From Fonticula alba ATCC 38817 (Eukaryota; Protista; Nucleariida), in NCBI GenBank assembly GCA_000388065.2, contig KB932201.1: DNA of 64,000 nt; one strand, given 5' to 3'. The notes below the pieces were generated by a model that was not told where the DNA came from, did no database searches, and saw nothing but the letters and a program-made list of their open reading frames with translations. Positions within the stretch are counted from its first letter, which is position 1. Each line of letters opens with the position of its first letter. The position numbers were made by a program, and so were the translations under genes. This document shows, piece by piece, positions 1 to 9,570 of the stretch.

Positions 1-1
1 C

Positions 2-655
2 CACCGGGCCGCAACCTCGGGCCTGGTGCCGGCGCCCGCCGATGGCGCGCTCCTTGTCTTGCGCAATGCCGACACGGCACTCTTCCGCCATCGCCACTTC
101 CTGAAGGTCCTGGTGCCGGTGCGCTTTGCCTTCGTCGCTGCTGCGTCCTCTTTGGCAGGCGCTTGCCATGGTGCTTGCCCAGCTCTAACCGGTCCGATGC
201 GCTCCCACTGGGCAATAGTCCCCGGCATTCGGTGCGGCGGCTCGCGTGTCGGTTCCCTCGCTCCCATCGGCCGGGCGTCCCATGAAGGGAGCCCCCGCTC
301 CCGGGGCCGGGGACATCAGCCACACCCTGGTGACCATCCAGCCGCAGAGCACCTACGCCAGCTGGAGCAGCAGCCCACCGCTGGCCGACCCGGCGTGGGC
401 CTTCTGCCACTACACCTCGCGGGGGCCGGATTGCTTGGGACACGGGCCGGCCGCCTCGCGCCCGACGTGGCGCCAGAGCCCGGGAGCCGTGGCCGTCGGG
501 CTCTTCGGCCGGACACCAGCCTTTGGTGTGGTGGCCCAAGTTTCGGTGACCGTGCCGTCGGCCGGCCGGCGCGCAGAGGTGCGTCAGATCTCTCCGACTC
601 TCCAAGTCATCCTCGCTCTTTTTTTCCCCTTTATGTCCTTACGTTCTTATCTTTC

Positions 656-689
<34 letters not shown>

Positions 690-1079
690 CCTCTCTCTCT
701 GTATTTCCCTCCCTCTATCCCCTCCTGTCCTCTCTCCTTTTCCACCCGCTCCCGCTCACACGCCCTCACCCACACCCGCATGCAGCCTGCTTCGCTGCCG
801 GTCGTCTTGGAGGGCGTCCTTCCAAACACACTGGTCCGGCTCCGGGAGCAACGTGCCCTGGCCGGCGGGACTCCGGCCGCCCCTGGCGCCGCCCTCCTGA
901 CGCAGCATCTCCCCCCGGCGCCGCCCCCCTCGTTGGTGGTCACCGTGTGCGTCGGGGCCGCCAGCGTGCTGCTCCTGCTGGTGCTGTCCTATGGCGCCCT
1001 GTGGTGGGGCGCCCGGCGGTCGGTCCATCGCGCCCGGCGCCTGGAGAAGGTCCACCTGATGAACTTCGAGGCCCTGTAG
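2..1079 (+). CDS. 3' part of an uncharacterised single-pass membrane protein (exons <2-118, 219-578, 786-1079)
   Basis: Two phase-0 GT-AG introns join the ORF-track frames in phase. Intron 119-218: GTGCGC donor, CTAAC branch point at 185-189, TAG acceptor. Intron 579-785: GTGCGT donor, CT microsatellite, CAG acceptor. A hydrophobic C-terminal stretch LVVTVCVGAASVLLLLVLSYGALWWG is followed by a basic tail (RRSVHRARR) and TAG at 1077-1079. No family recognised. Confidence 0.6.
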
Positions 1080-1158
1080 CTCGTGACCCCAATAGAGCAC
1101 ACATGATACATGCGAACATCGAGGTGCGGCTCCGTGATCCCTTCCCGGGCCGCGCCAT

Positions 1159-2319
1159 TCATGGGCAGTTGCCAGCACGCCCGGCGGCCGAAGGAGGCGC
1201 ACAACGGCGGAAGGCCGCCGGACCATATGGCGGCCGAGAATGGAAGGCCAAGCAACTGGCCTCCCGCCGCGGGCAGACCGCCGAGGTGCGAGCGTCGGCC
1301 GACCCCCAATCACATGGGGCCCCACAGGGCCTGGGGGGCGTAACGAACACATTCTGGCCTCCGGCCCGGCATCCGGCCCTGGCATCCGTGCGGCTGTGGG
1401 CCGTGCTCCGTGCGGTGTAAACGCGCGCAAGCGCGCATGTTCGGGTGGGAATGCCAGGGAGCGGCGATGGGGGGTGAGGCAGGCGGCGGAGGGGGGGGGG
1501 GGGGNNNNNNNNNNNNNNNNNNNNNNNNNNNNNNNNNNNNNNNNNNNNNNNNNNNNNNNNNNNNNNNNNNNNNNNNNNNNNNNNNNNNNNNNNNNNNNNN
1601 NNNNNNNNNNNNNNNNNNNNNNNNNNNNNNNNNNNNNNNNNNNNNNNNNNNNNNNNNNNNNNNNNNNNNNNNNNNNNNNNNNNNNNNNNNNNNGGAAGGG
1701 GCCGAGGAACCCCGGCACTGGCAGGGCACCTCCATGGGCCGGGATTCCACGCGCATACGTTCCGTCCGCAGGGGGCCAGCCCCTCGTGAAAGTGCCCCCT
1801 GGTCGCTGCCTGCCGTTGCACCGGCACCGGCCGATCGGCCAGCCCAGGGGGCCTGTTTCCGCCTGGCCACGAAGGGGGGAGCGGGCCCTGGGCGGGTGCC
1901 GGTTCTCCCCGCCGCGCGGTCTGCCCAAGGCGCTTCCACGAGGTTCGGGGGGGGGAAAGGGGCGGGAGCAGCTCGGCGGCGACGAGCTGGTCCCCCGGCG
2001 TGGGACCGCGGGTGGGGGAGAGGGCGGGGCTGGCCCCCCGCCCCCCGCCCAGGCCCTCCACGGCTGCGCCCCCTCCCCCCCCCCCCCCCGCCCCCCCCCC
2101 CCCCCTCGAACCTGCACCACAATCCTGGAACTCACACCACCTGTGAAACACCAGCAGCGGCTCTGGGTCCCCCCACCCCCCCCCACACGCCCCGCCGCCC
2201 AGCCCCTCTCCCGGCCTGGAAACTCTCATACCCTGCCAGGCCGGTCGCGATGGCCCGATTGCGCGGGGCGTTGCCGGGGTGGGAAGCCGGCAACGATCAG
2301 CAAAGAAGGGGCCGAACAT
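1159..2319 (-). CDS. Possible uncharacterised gene spanning an assembly gap
   Basis: ATG at 2319 (MFGPFFADR). Donor-like GTATGA near 2230 and GTATGC near 1758. Coding-looking peptides include EPLLVFHRWCEFQDCG and RQAATRGHFHEGLAPCGRN. Interrupted by N-gap 1505-1693. No recognisable domain and the 3' end is unresolved. Confidence 0.25.
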   Translation of the reverse strand: MFGPFFADRCRLPTPATPRAIGPSRPAWQGMRVSRPGEGLGGGACGGGWGDPEPLLVFHRWCEFQDCGAGSRGGGGAGGGGGGGAAVEGLGGGRGASPALSPTRGPTPGDQLVAAELLPPLSPPRTSWKRLGQTARRGEPAPAQGPLPPSWPGGNRPPGLADRPVPVQRQAATRGHFHEGLAPCGRNVCAWNPGPWRCPASAGVPRPLXXXXXXXXXXXXXXXXXXXXXXXXXXXXXXXXXXXXXXXXXXXXXXXXXXXXXXXXXXXXXXXXPPPPLRRLPHPPSPLPGIPTRTCALARVYTARSTAHSRTDARAGCRAGGQNVFVTPPRPCGAPCDWGSADARTSAVCPRREASCLAFHSRPPYGPAAFRRCAPPSAAGRAGNCP

Positions 2320-2530
2320 CTTCCGACCCCCCCCCCCCCCCCCCCGGCCCCCCTGCCCCACTCCGAGGGCGAGGGGTCAGATCAACCTCGCCTCTTCGGC
2401 CAGCCTCTCCCTGGCCGGGGGGATAGCCCTGCCCCAGTACCGACATCCTTCCCCCGCCCCCCCCCCCCCCCCCCCCCCGTCATCCCCTCTTCTCCGCATT
2501 TCTGCCCTCTCCCCCTTCCCTCTGCTGGCG

Positions 2531-3137
2531 ATGGTCTCCTCCCTTGCCGAGCACGAGCCGCCGGCGCTTGGCGGCCTGTCGGTGTCTGCCTCTGGCCAAC
2601 TGGCGGCCTTGCATCTGGTGGCCGGCCGGCCGCCGGGCTCGCCGCGGATACCGACCGATGTGGGCCTTGGCGATGTGGTCGCCGGTTCGAGCGCGGCGGC
2701 CATCGAAGCGTCCCCTCGGCACAATCGGACCCTGCTGACGCCGGTCTTCGTGGACTTGGCACACTCGGGGAACCTGGGGCGGCGGTTCCCGGCGGCGGTC
2801 CTGGCGCCCGCCTCGGCCACCGCCTCCGACGAGGCCCATCCACACCGGTGCCTGCTGGAGGTGAGCGCCCACGCGCCGGGCCGCGCCCTGCGCCGAGAGC
2901 TGGGCCCCGTCTTCCCGGACATCTTCCGGCCCGGGGCCTCGCGCTTCATGGCCCCCGATGGGACAGACCTCCTCCGGCGCGACGCGCGCGCCGAGTTCAT
3001 CGTGGTGCCCACTTTCCAACGGTCAGCTGCAGACCTGAGCGTCTTTTCCGAGCACTCCGAGCTGGAGAAGGACCGCCTGCTGGAGCGTGTACGTGCTCGT
3101 GCCATGGGGTAGGCGGGGGCGAGAGGAGGGCCGCCAT

Positions 3138-3194
<57 letters not shown>

Positions 3195-3901
3195 NNNNNN
3201 NNNNNNNNNNNNNNNNNNNNNNNNNNNNNNNNNNNNNNNNNNNNNNNNNNNNNNNNNNNNNNNNNNNNNNNNNNNNNNNNNNNNNNNNNNNNNNNNNNNN
3301 NNNNNNNNNNNNNNNNNNNNNNNNNNNNNNNNNNNNNNNNNNNNNNNNNNNNNNNNNNNNNNNNNNTCCCCCCCCCCCCCCCCATTCCCCTTTTCTCCGC
3401 CGCTCGAACTGCCGCATGTGCTGCGACTGACGCATCCCGGCACACGGGCCTGTCCCTGTTCTGCTCTTTGGCCCTTGCGCTCCTCCCCTCCTCCGCGCCG
3501 GGACCTCCCTCCGGGCGATTGCCGGCACGCAGTTTTCCCTCTGGGCACACACGGTCTGCTCGCGGTTGAATGAGCTCGGCTACTGGGCCGCGTATGCGGA
3601 CCCGGCGTCCGGTAGCCCGGTTTGCTTTGCTCCCGGGGCATGGGCCGGGCTGTTGCCCTCGGCCACCGGGGCCACCCCGGTCGCGGGGATGCCCCACTCC
3701 CTGAGCGTCACCAATCCCGCCGTGGCACTGTACCCGGAGGTCGCCGCCGCGCGGGCCTTCCTCCGGTACTATGTCGACACGGCCGCCTGCTCGGGGACCT
3801 GCGCCCTGCTCTGGCATCCCCAGTGGAAGTCAGCCACATACCCGGCCACGCTCTTTGCCTTTGCCCCGGCGGATGTTGTTCGACAAATCATCGTTGAATG
3901 A
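2531..3901 (+). CDS. MMADHC: MMADHC/CblD-like cobalamin trafficking protein (exons 2531-3088, 3533-3901; about 308 aa)
   Basis: Phase-0 intron 3089-3532 (GTACGT...CAG). The spliced peptide LRRELGPVFPD...VVPTFQRSAADLSVFSEHSELEKDRLLER|FSLWAHTVCSRLNELGYWAAYADPASG...CALLWHPQWKSATYPATLF parallels the MMADHC C-terminal nitroreductase-like domain (recalled human sequence: LRKDFESLFP...[26 protein letters not shown]...LRAEGYWADFIDPSSG...CCKVIRHSLWG). Confidence 0.85.
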
Positions 3902-4157
3902 CCGTGCTTCTCTCGGGGTTTTTTTTTCCGCGCCCCTCTCGGCATCTCCCCCCCCCCCCTCCCCTCCTCCGTGAGGTTGAACCGGCGAGCAGTGTACAAT
4001 AGCAGGAATCCCTCCCCCGGGAAGAGGGGAAGCTTGGTGCCGGCATCACAGAGTCTTTGTTCTATTGAGGGTGCCGCCCGATGTCGACCGCTGGCGAGGG
4101 CGCGGGTGCGATCGTGCGCGCCGACGCCGAGGCGGGCGGCGAGAGAGGGAGGGACAC

Positions 4158-5377
4158 TCAGGCGCAGGTGCCCCGTTCGTAGACCAACATCCGCGGGAGG
4201 TGGCAGCCGCCCTGGATTCGATCGGACACGCTTTGGAAACTCGAGTCCAGCGTGGCGATGGCTCCATCATCGAAGTGCCTCCACCGATTGACGGCGCGCG
4301 AGAAGTGGAAAGCTGAGGATCGGCCAGTAAGTAAAAGGCCAGCCAGGGGGACAGGGGGGCCACCAAGCGGGCAGGGGCCGAAGGGGAGGGCAGAGGCCGG
4401 GGGGCGAAGGCCAGCACGCACAGGTGTAATGGTTGCGATAGAGGCAGATGATCCCGACGAGGACATAGTCGTGGCTGCTGCTGTCATGGAACATGTCGCC
4501 GGTGTTGAAGAACTTCGGCACCATGTTCATGAACCGGGGGATCAGGTGGTCCTCGGAGCCGCTGGCGGAGGCCAGGCCGGGTGACGAGGGGAGCAGCGAA
4601 AAAGTGTTACCGGGTGGACTGGTGCCAGGCGCATGGGCTTGAAGAGTCTCTCGGGACGCACCTCGGCCAGCTGATGTCGATGAACATGGTGTCGGAGTAA
4701 TTGAGGAGAAGAGCCCGGCGGCGGACATCAGATTGCGGACACCGAGCGCAGGATGCCGACAGGGAGGNNNNNNNNNNNNNNNNNNNNNNNNNNNNNNNNN
4801 NNNNNNNNNNNNNNNNNNNNNNNNNNNNNNNNNNNNNNNNNNNNNNNNNNNNNNNNNNNNNNNNNNNNNNNNNNNNNNNNNNNNNNNNNNNNNNNNNNNN
4901 NNNNNNNNNNNNNNNNNNNNNNNNNNNNNNNNNNNNNNNNNNNNNNNNNNNNNNNNNNNNNNNNNNNNNNNNNNNNNNNNNNNNNNNNNNNNNNNNNNNN
5001 NNNNNNNNNNNNNNNNNNNNNNNNNNNNNNNNNNNNNNNNNNNNNNNNNNNNNNNNNNNNNNNNNNNNNNNNNNNNNNNNNNNNNNNNNNNNNNNNNNNN
5101 NNNNNNNNNNNNNNNNNNNNNNNNNNNNNNNNNNNNNNNNNNNNNNNNNNNNNNNNNNNNNNNNNNNNNNNNNNNNNNNNNNNNNNNNNNNNNNNNNNNN
5201 NNNNNNNNNNNNNNNNNNNNNNNNNNNNNNNNNNNNNNNNNNNNNNNNNNNNNNNNNNNNNNNNNNNNNNNNNNNNNNNNNNNNNNNNNNNNNNNNNNNN
5301 NNNNNNNNNNNNTTAGCGGCAATGGGGGAGAAGGCGAGGGCGAAGGGGAGGGGGATAGAAAGGTGGGGAAAGGCAGG

Positions 5378-5414
<37 letters not shown>

Positions 5415-7071
5415 CGAGAGGGAGGGAGGGGGAGCGGGCCTGGTTCCCAGAGCACGACATACTGGTCTGGCAAGCAGGCGGTCTGCGTGCAGAGCCCCTT
5501 GATTGATAGGTCCAGCTGCCGGCCGGAGTCGGTGGGGTGGGACATCGGCCCCAGCCCCGGGGCGCCAGCGTCGCCGTCGGCCCCTCCGGATGTCGGAAGG
5601 TGACTCGGGGGCCCACTGTGGCCGGACTCGCCCATTTTCCGGCGGACAGCCCATGCTTGAGCACACCAATGGAGCTCTCGAAAGATGGCCTCCAGGATCT
5701 CGGCCGGGTCGTGCTGCTTGCCGGCTTCGAAGATGGTCGCCCGCTTGGCGCGCGCTCCGGTGGCCGGACTGTCGAAGAAAGTCCGGATGGGACCGGGGCA
5801 AGCGGGGCTCTGGGCCTCGGGATCAAGGAAGGCATGGACAAAGTCCTGATGGAGGAGGGATAGGGAAGAGAGAAGGACAAGGGCGGAGAGGGGGGAAAGC
5901 GAAGCAAGGAGACGGGGAAAAAGGGAGACGCAGTGAGCAGGTGGGTCGGGTGTGTCGACACGGCATTTGACGAGGAGGGAGGGGGCCGTACGAAAAGGGC
6001 GCAGAAGAAACAGAAGCCGGGCGGGTCCTCGCGGTAGGGGCGCCGGGCGGCAGCCTCACACACACCCGGGCAGTCGAAGGGCGAGTGCTTCGGCGTGGCG
6101 AAGAAGAAGGCCAGGAACACCGGGCTATGAAGGAGCATCTGCATGACCACATTGAAGAAGCAGTTGTTTTCCTGCGAATGGTTAAGCAGACCGCGATCTG
6201 GCACCCAGAGGAACTCCGCCAGCGGCAGGATGGTCGGCTGCCGAGCGGGCACGGGCGCCCGGCTGCTCCCGGCTCCCATGCTCGGGGATTGCACGCGCGG
6301 TGTTCCGGCTGGCGAGGGCCCGGAAGGGGGCAGGTGGTGCTGCTGGTGCGAGGGTGGGTGCTGCTGGTGCGAGGGTGGATGCTGCTGGGGGTGGCCCGGG
6401 GTGCCGGGACCGGAGAAACCCCCGCGGCTCAGCGAGACGGAAGATCCCGAGGGCGAAGTCGACGGGGAGGCCTGGCTCGGGGGCACCTGATAGGCGGGGA
6501 CATGGGGAGGCGGGGGCTGGTACTGCTGCGAATAGTGCGGGTAGTGCGGGGCCTGCGAGTGCGGCCCCGATGGATCGGCGGCACCGGGGGCCCCGCCATA
6601 CTGCCGAGACTCATGGCCGGTCGGGGGAGGGCCATACGTGGAGGGGGCCTGCGCCGGCTGGCCGGCCGGAGGGATATGGCCAACGTAGGGGGCAATGGGC
6701 TGGGCCCACTGGGGGGCCGGCGAATGCTGGACAGAGTACCCCGGGGCGAGGCTGCTGCTGCTGCTGCTGCTGCTGCCGCTGTCGCTGCCGCTGCAGGACG
6801 TTTCGGGAAATGCCGTCGGTGGGTCAGCTGAAAGGCGCGAGGCAGGGGAGGGATGTCGGCGGTCCGGGCCATCGGGGCACTTGTCGGGCTGTGCGCACCT
6901 CGGAGAGGGGTGGTAAAATGCTTGGGGGGTGTGCTGATACGGGGAGGCGTGGTGCGAAGGGGGGCCGGGGGGCTGGCCACCGTAGTGGGTGGAGACGAAG
7001 CCCGCCGAATCTGCCCCCGGAGGCGGTGGACCGCCCATGTGGTTGGACCATGCCAGCGGCTGGTGGCTCAT
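4158..7071 (-). CDS. USP-family ubiquitin C-terminal hydrolase, USP53/USP54-like, with Pro/Ser/Gln/His-rich N-terminus
   Basis: Exon 7071-5992 holds the Cys box GLLNHSQENNCFFNVVMQML and CFFCAL. Exon 5845-5463 holds FEAGKQHDPAEILEAIFRELH. After gap 4768-5312 come RRRALLLNYSDTMFIDISWP, the His box VLVGIICLYRNHY, and WRHFDD...PRMLVYE before TGA at 4158-4160. Visible introns are GT-AG; some coding sequence is hidden in the gap. Confidence 0.8.
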
Positions 7072-7763
7072 GGCAAAAGGGCAAAGAGAGGGAGGGACAA
7101 GGAAAGAGGCGGAAAAGGGAGGGAGCTCGGGGGAGGGGGGGCGGGCGGGCGGAGCATGCAGGAGCCAGGAGCCAGGAGGGGGAGGAGGAGGAGGAGGCGA
7201 TGGCCTCGGGGCGCAGGCATGTCGATCTCGCTGGGGCTGGCTCAAAAGTTTCCCCCCCCCCCCCACACACACACACACACACCCAGGCCGATCACCGGGG
7301 CCCACGACCCAGCCTCCAATGCCGACCGAACACAGTCAGACCGGACCGATCGGGAAGGACCGCCAGTATGCTGAACAAGGAAGGCCCACGGCCTGGTGCC
7401 GGAAAATGCGCCCGTGCCCCAGCCTGCCTGTGCTTGGCTCCGCCCCGCGCCGGCGCCCCTTCCCCCCGCCCGGCCCCCGGGAACGGGGGCCGCGAAGAAA
7501 GCGCGCACCGAAAATGCCGCGGAAGGCGGCGATCTGGACAGGTGGCTGATCTTGAGTAGCAGATCGGGGCTGGCTGCATTCCAGCGACTGGCGGCGGGGC
7601 ATTTTTGTTGCATCTATTTAGATCGCACACACCCAAACAAGGGCGGGGGGCCCTCTCTCCGCTCCTCTCAGCCTCGGGGGGCGAGGGCGAGCGAGGCGTC
7701 TATGTGTGTGTGTGTGCGCGCGTGTGCGCGTGTGTGTATGTGTCAAAGGCGGGGGAAGGCTGA

Positions 7764-8645
7764 TCAGAGGTCTGCTCGGGTGGTGGCGGCCGCGGGCTCG
7801 GGGCCGAGGGCCGAGAGGCGTCCAGGCCCGAGGAGGACACCCGGCAGGCTGAGCAGCCAGCGTGCCAGGCGCAGGGCCGGGTCCCAGGCCGCCGGCCGGG
7901 ACACAACCCACAGCCAGCCGATGGCGAGAGCCAGTCCAACCCAGGCCCCGGCCAGGACTTGGTGCGGGAAGTGGCGCTGGAATGCCAGGCGCTGGATGGC
8001 CACCAGCAGGGTCAATGCGGCCAGGAGCCCGGTGAGGGCGACCTTCGCGTGGCCGCTGGTGCCCGGCGGCAGGAGGAGGCGCGCCAACGGCCCGGCCTCG
8101 GGGCAGGCGGCCAGCCGCCGGCCACTCGCCGGAACCCCCGGGTCGCCGGCCGCCACCAGTAGGCAGCCAAAATAGGCCAGGCAGAAAACCATGAACTGCG
8201 TGTGTGAGGAGGGCCATCCGTGACCGGAGGCCAGCGGCACCGGCCCGCTGGCCAGCGACACCGGCCGGGCCTGGCGGACGAGGCGCTTCAGCACCTGGGC
8301 CAGGACCTCACACACCCAGAAGCCCAGGTGGCTGAGGAGCTGCCCGGCCAGGCGGGCCTCGGCCACCGGTGTGGCGGTCAACCCGGCGGGCCCCGCGCCG
8401 GGCGAGGCCCGAGCCCACCCGCTTAACAGCCCCACCCCGATGGCCGCCACGTGGGCGATGACGATGAACGGCGGCACCGCGGAGAAGGGCGCCAGGAGGA
8501 GGCAAGCAGCCCGACACATGCCGCCCGTGCAGGCGCCACGCCCCCGGCCGCCGAGTGCCCACAGGCAGGGATCCGTCCCGGGAACGGTCAACAGATCCTG
8601 GCATACGGCCAGCAGGCGTCGGACGGCGCCGGGGCGGGGTGTCAT
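7764..8645 (-). CDS. DOLPP1: Dolichyl pyrophosphate phosphatase (PAP2 family, DOLPP1/CAX4-like), apparently intronless
   Basis: All three PAP2 motifs are present: KRLVRQARP, GWPSSHTQFM (DOLPP1-type PSSH-x-QFM) and QRLAFQRHFPHQVLAG. Several hydrophobic helices. In-frame ATG at 8645. Confidence 0.8.
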   Translation of the reverse strand: MTPRPGAVRRLLAVCQDLLTVPGTDPCLWALGGRGRGACTGGMCRAACLLLAPFSAVPPFIVIAHVAAIGVGLLSGWARASPGAGPAGLTATPVAEARLAGQLLSHLGFWVCEVLAQVLKRLVRQARPVSLASGPVPLASGHGWPSSHTQFMVFCLAYFGCLLVAAGDPGVPASGRRLAACPEAGPLARLLLPPGTSGHAKVALTGLLAALTLLVAIQRLAFQRHFPHQVLAGAWVGLALAIGWLWVVSRPAAWDPALRLARWLLSLPGVLLGPGRLSALGPEPAAATTRADL

Positions 8646-8769
8646 GGAGGCCAGCGGGCGGCGGGGCGCCGAGGCGGGGGGGGGGCGGAGGGGCAGGAGA
8701 GGGGAAGGGGCCGCGGCAATGCGCGAACGCACAGACAGGCAACGAACGTGGCGGCAGGTGGGCGGGGGG

Positions 8770-9112
8770 GGGGGAGGGGGGAGACAAGGCAGTAGAGGGT
8801 GTGCGGCTGGCGGGATCGCCTTGTGCACCTGTGGGTTGGCACCCGAAAGGGCTAACCACCATGGCCGCCCCTCGCCCCGTCCCCTCCAGGGGGCCATTCG
8901 ACAAAGCGCGGGCGCGAGCTATTTCCGGGCTACGTGTGCTCTTCCGATCTGGGGGAGGGGGGAGACAAGGCAGTAGAGGGTGTGCGGCTGGCGAGATCGC
9001 CTTGTGCACCTGTGGGTTGGCACCCGAAAGGGCTAACCACCATGGCCGCCCCTCGCCCCGTCCCCTCCAGGGGGCCATTCGACAAAGCGCGGGCGCGAGC
9101 TATTTCCGGGCT
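8770..9112. repeat. 162-bp direct duplication (8770-8931 and 8951-9112) separated by an Illumina adapter fragment; assembly artefact
   Basis: The copies are offset by 181 bp with one mismatch (G8813/A8994). The spacer 8932-8950, ACGTGTGCTCTTCCGATCT, is the 3' end of the TruSeq indexed adapter / read-2 primer. Confidence 0.92.
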
Positions 9113-9488
9113 TTTTATATTCGCTCATCATTGGCCTCCATGCGAATGGGGGGCGCACCTGGGACCGGCCGGGCTGGGGGTTGGCACATCTGCCCTCTGG
9201 TAAGCCGCCGCCGGCCGATCGCCGACAGGCTGGCGCAGCGAACCCGGTCCCGGCCGGTGGTCTGGGGCGGTGTCGGCCGGCGACCTGCCTCGTGTTCGGT
9301 GCAAGCGCATGTTTGCGTGCGTGCGTGTGTGCGCCCCTCCGACAGGCACTTGCGCGCATGCACGCCCAGCCATCATCGGCTGCCCACCCTCCTCAGGCGG
9401 TCCACTATTCAGCCGGCATGCCCCCGCACGCCTGGCTGGCCAGGGGTTCCATGGCTCGCCAGATCTCGCATCACATCGCCCCTCCCGC

Positions 9489-9519
<31 letters not shown>

Positions 9520-9570
9520 GCCTGTGCACCCCTCGCGCTGCCTCCCTCGCCTTTCCCTGCCTCCGTCACC

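Noticed and set aside
8646-9112. Duplicated N-terminal ORFs MAPWRGRGEG... suggesting a DOLPP1 paralogue fragment
   Set aside because: Produced by the adapter-linked assembly duplication.
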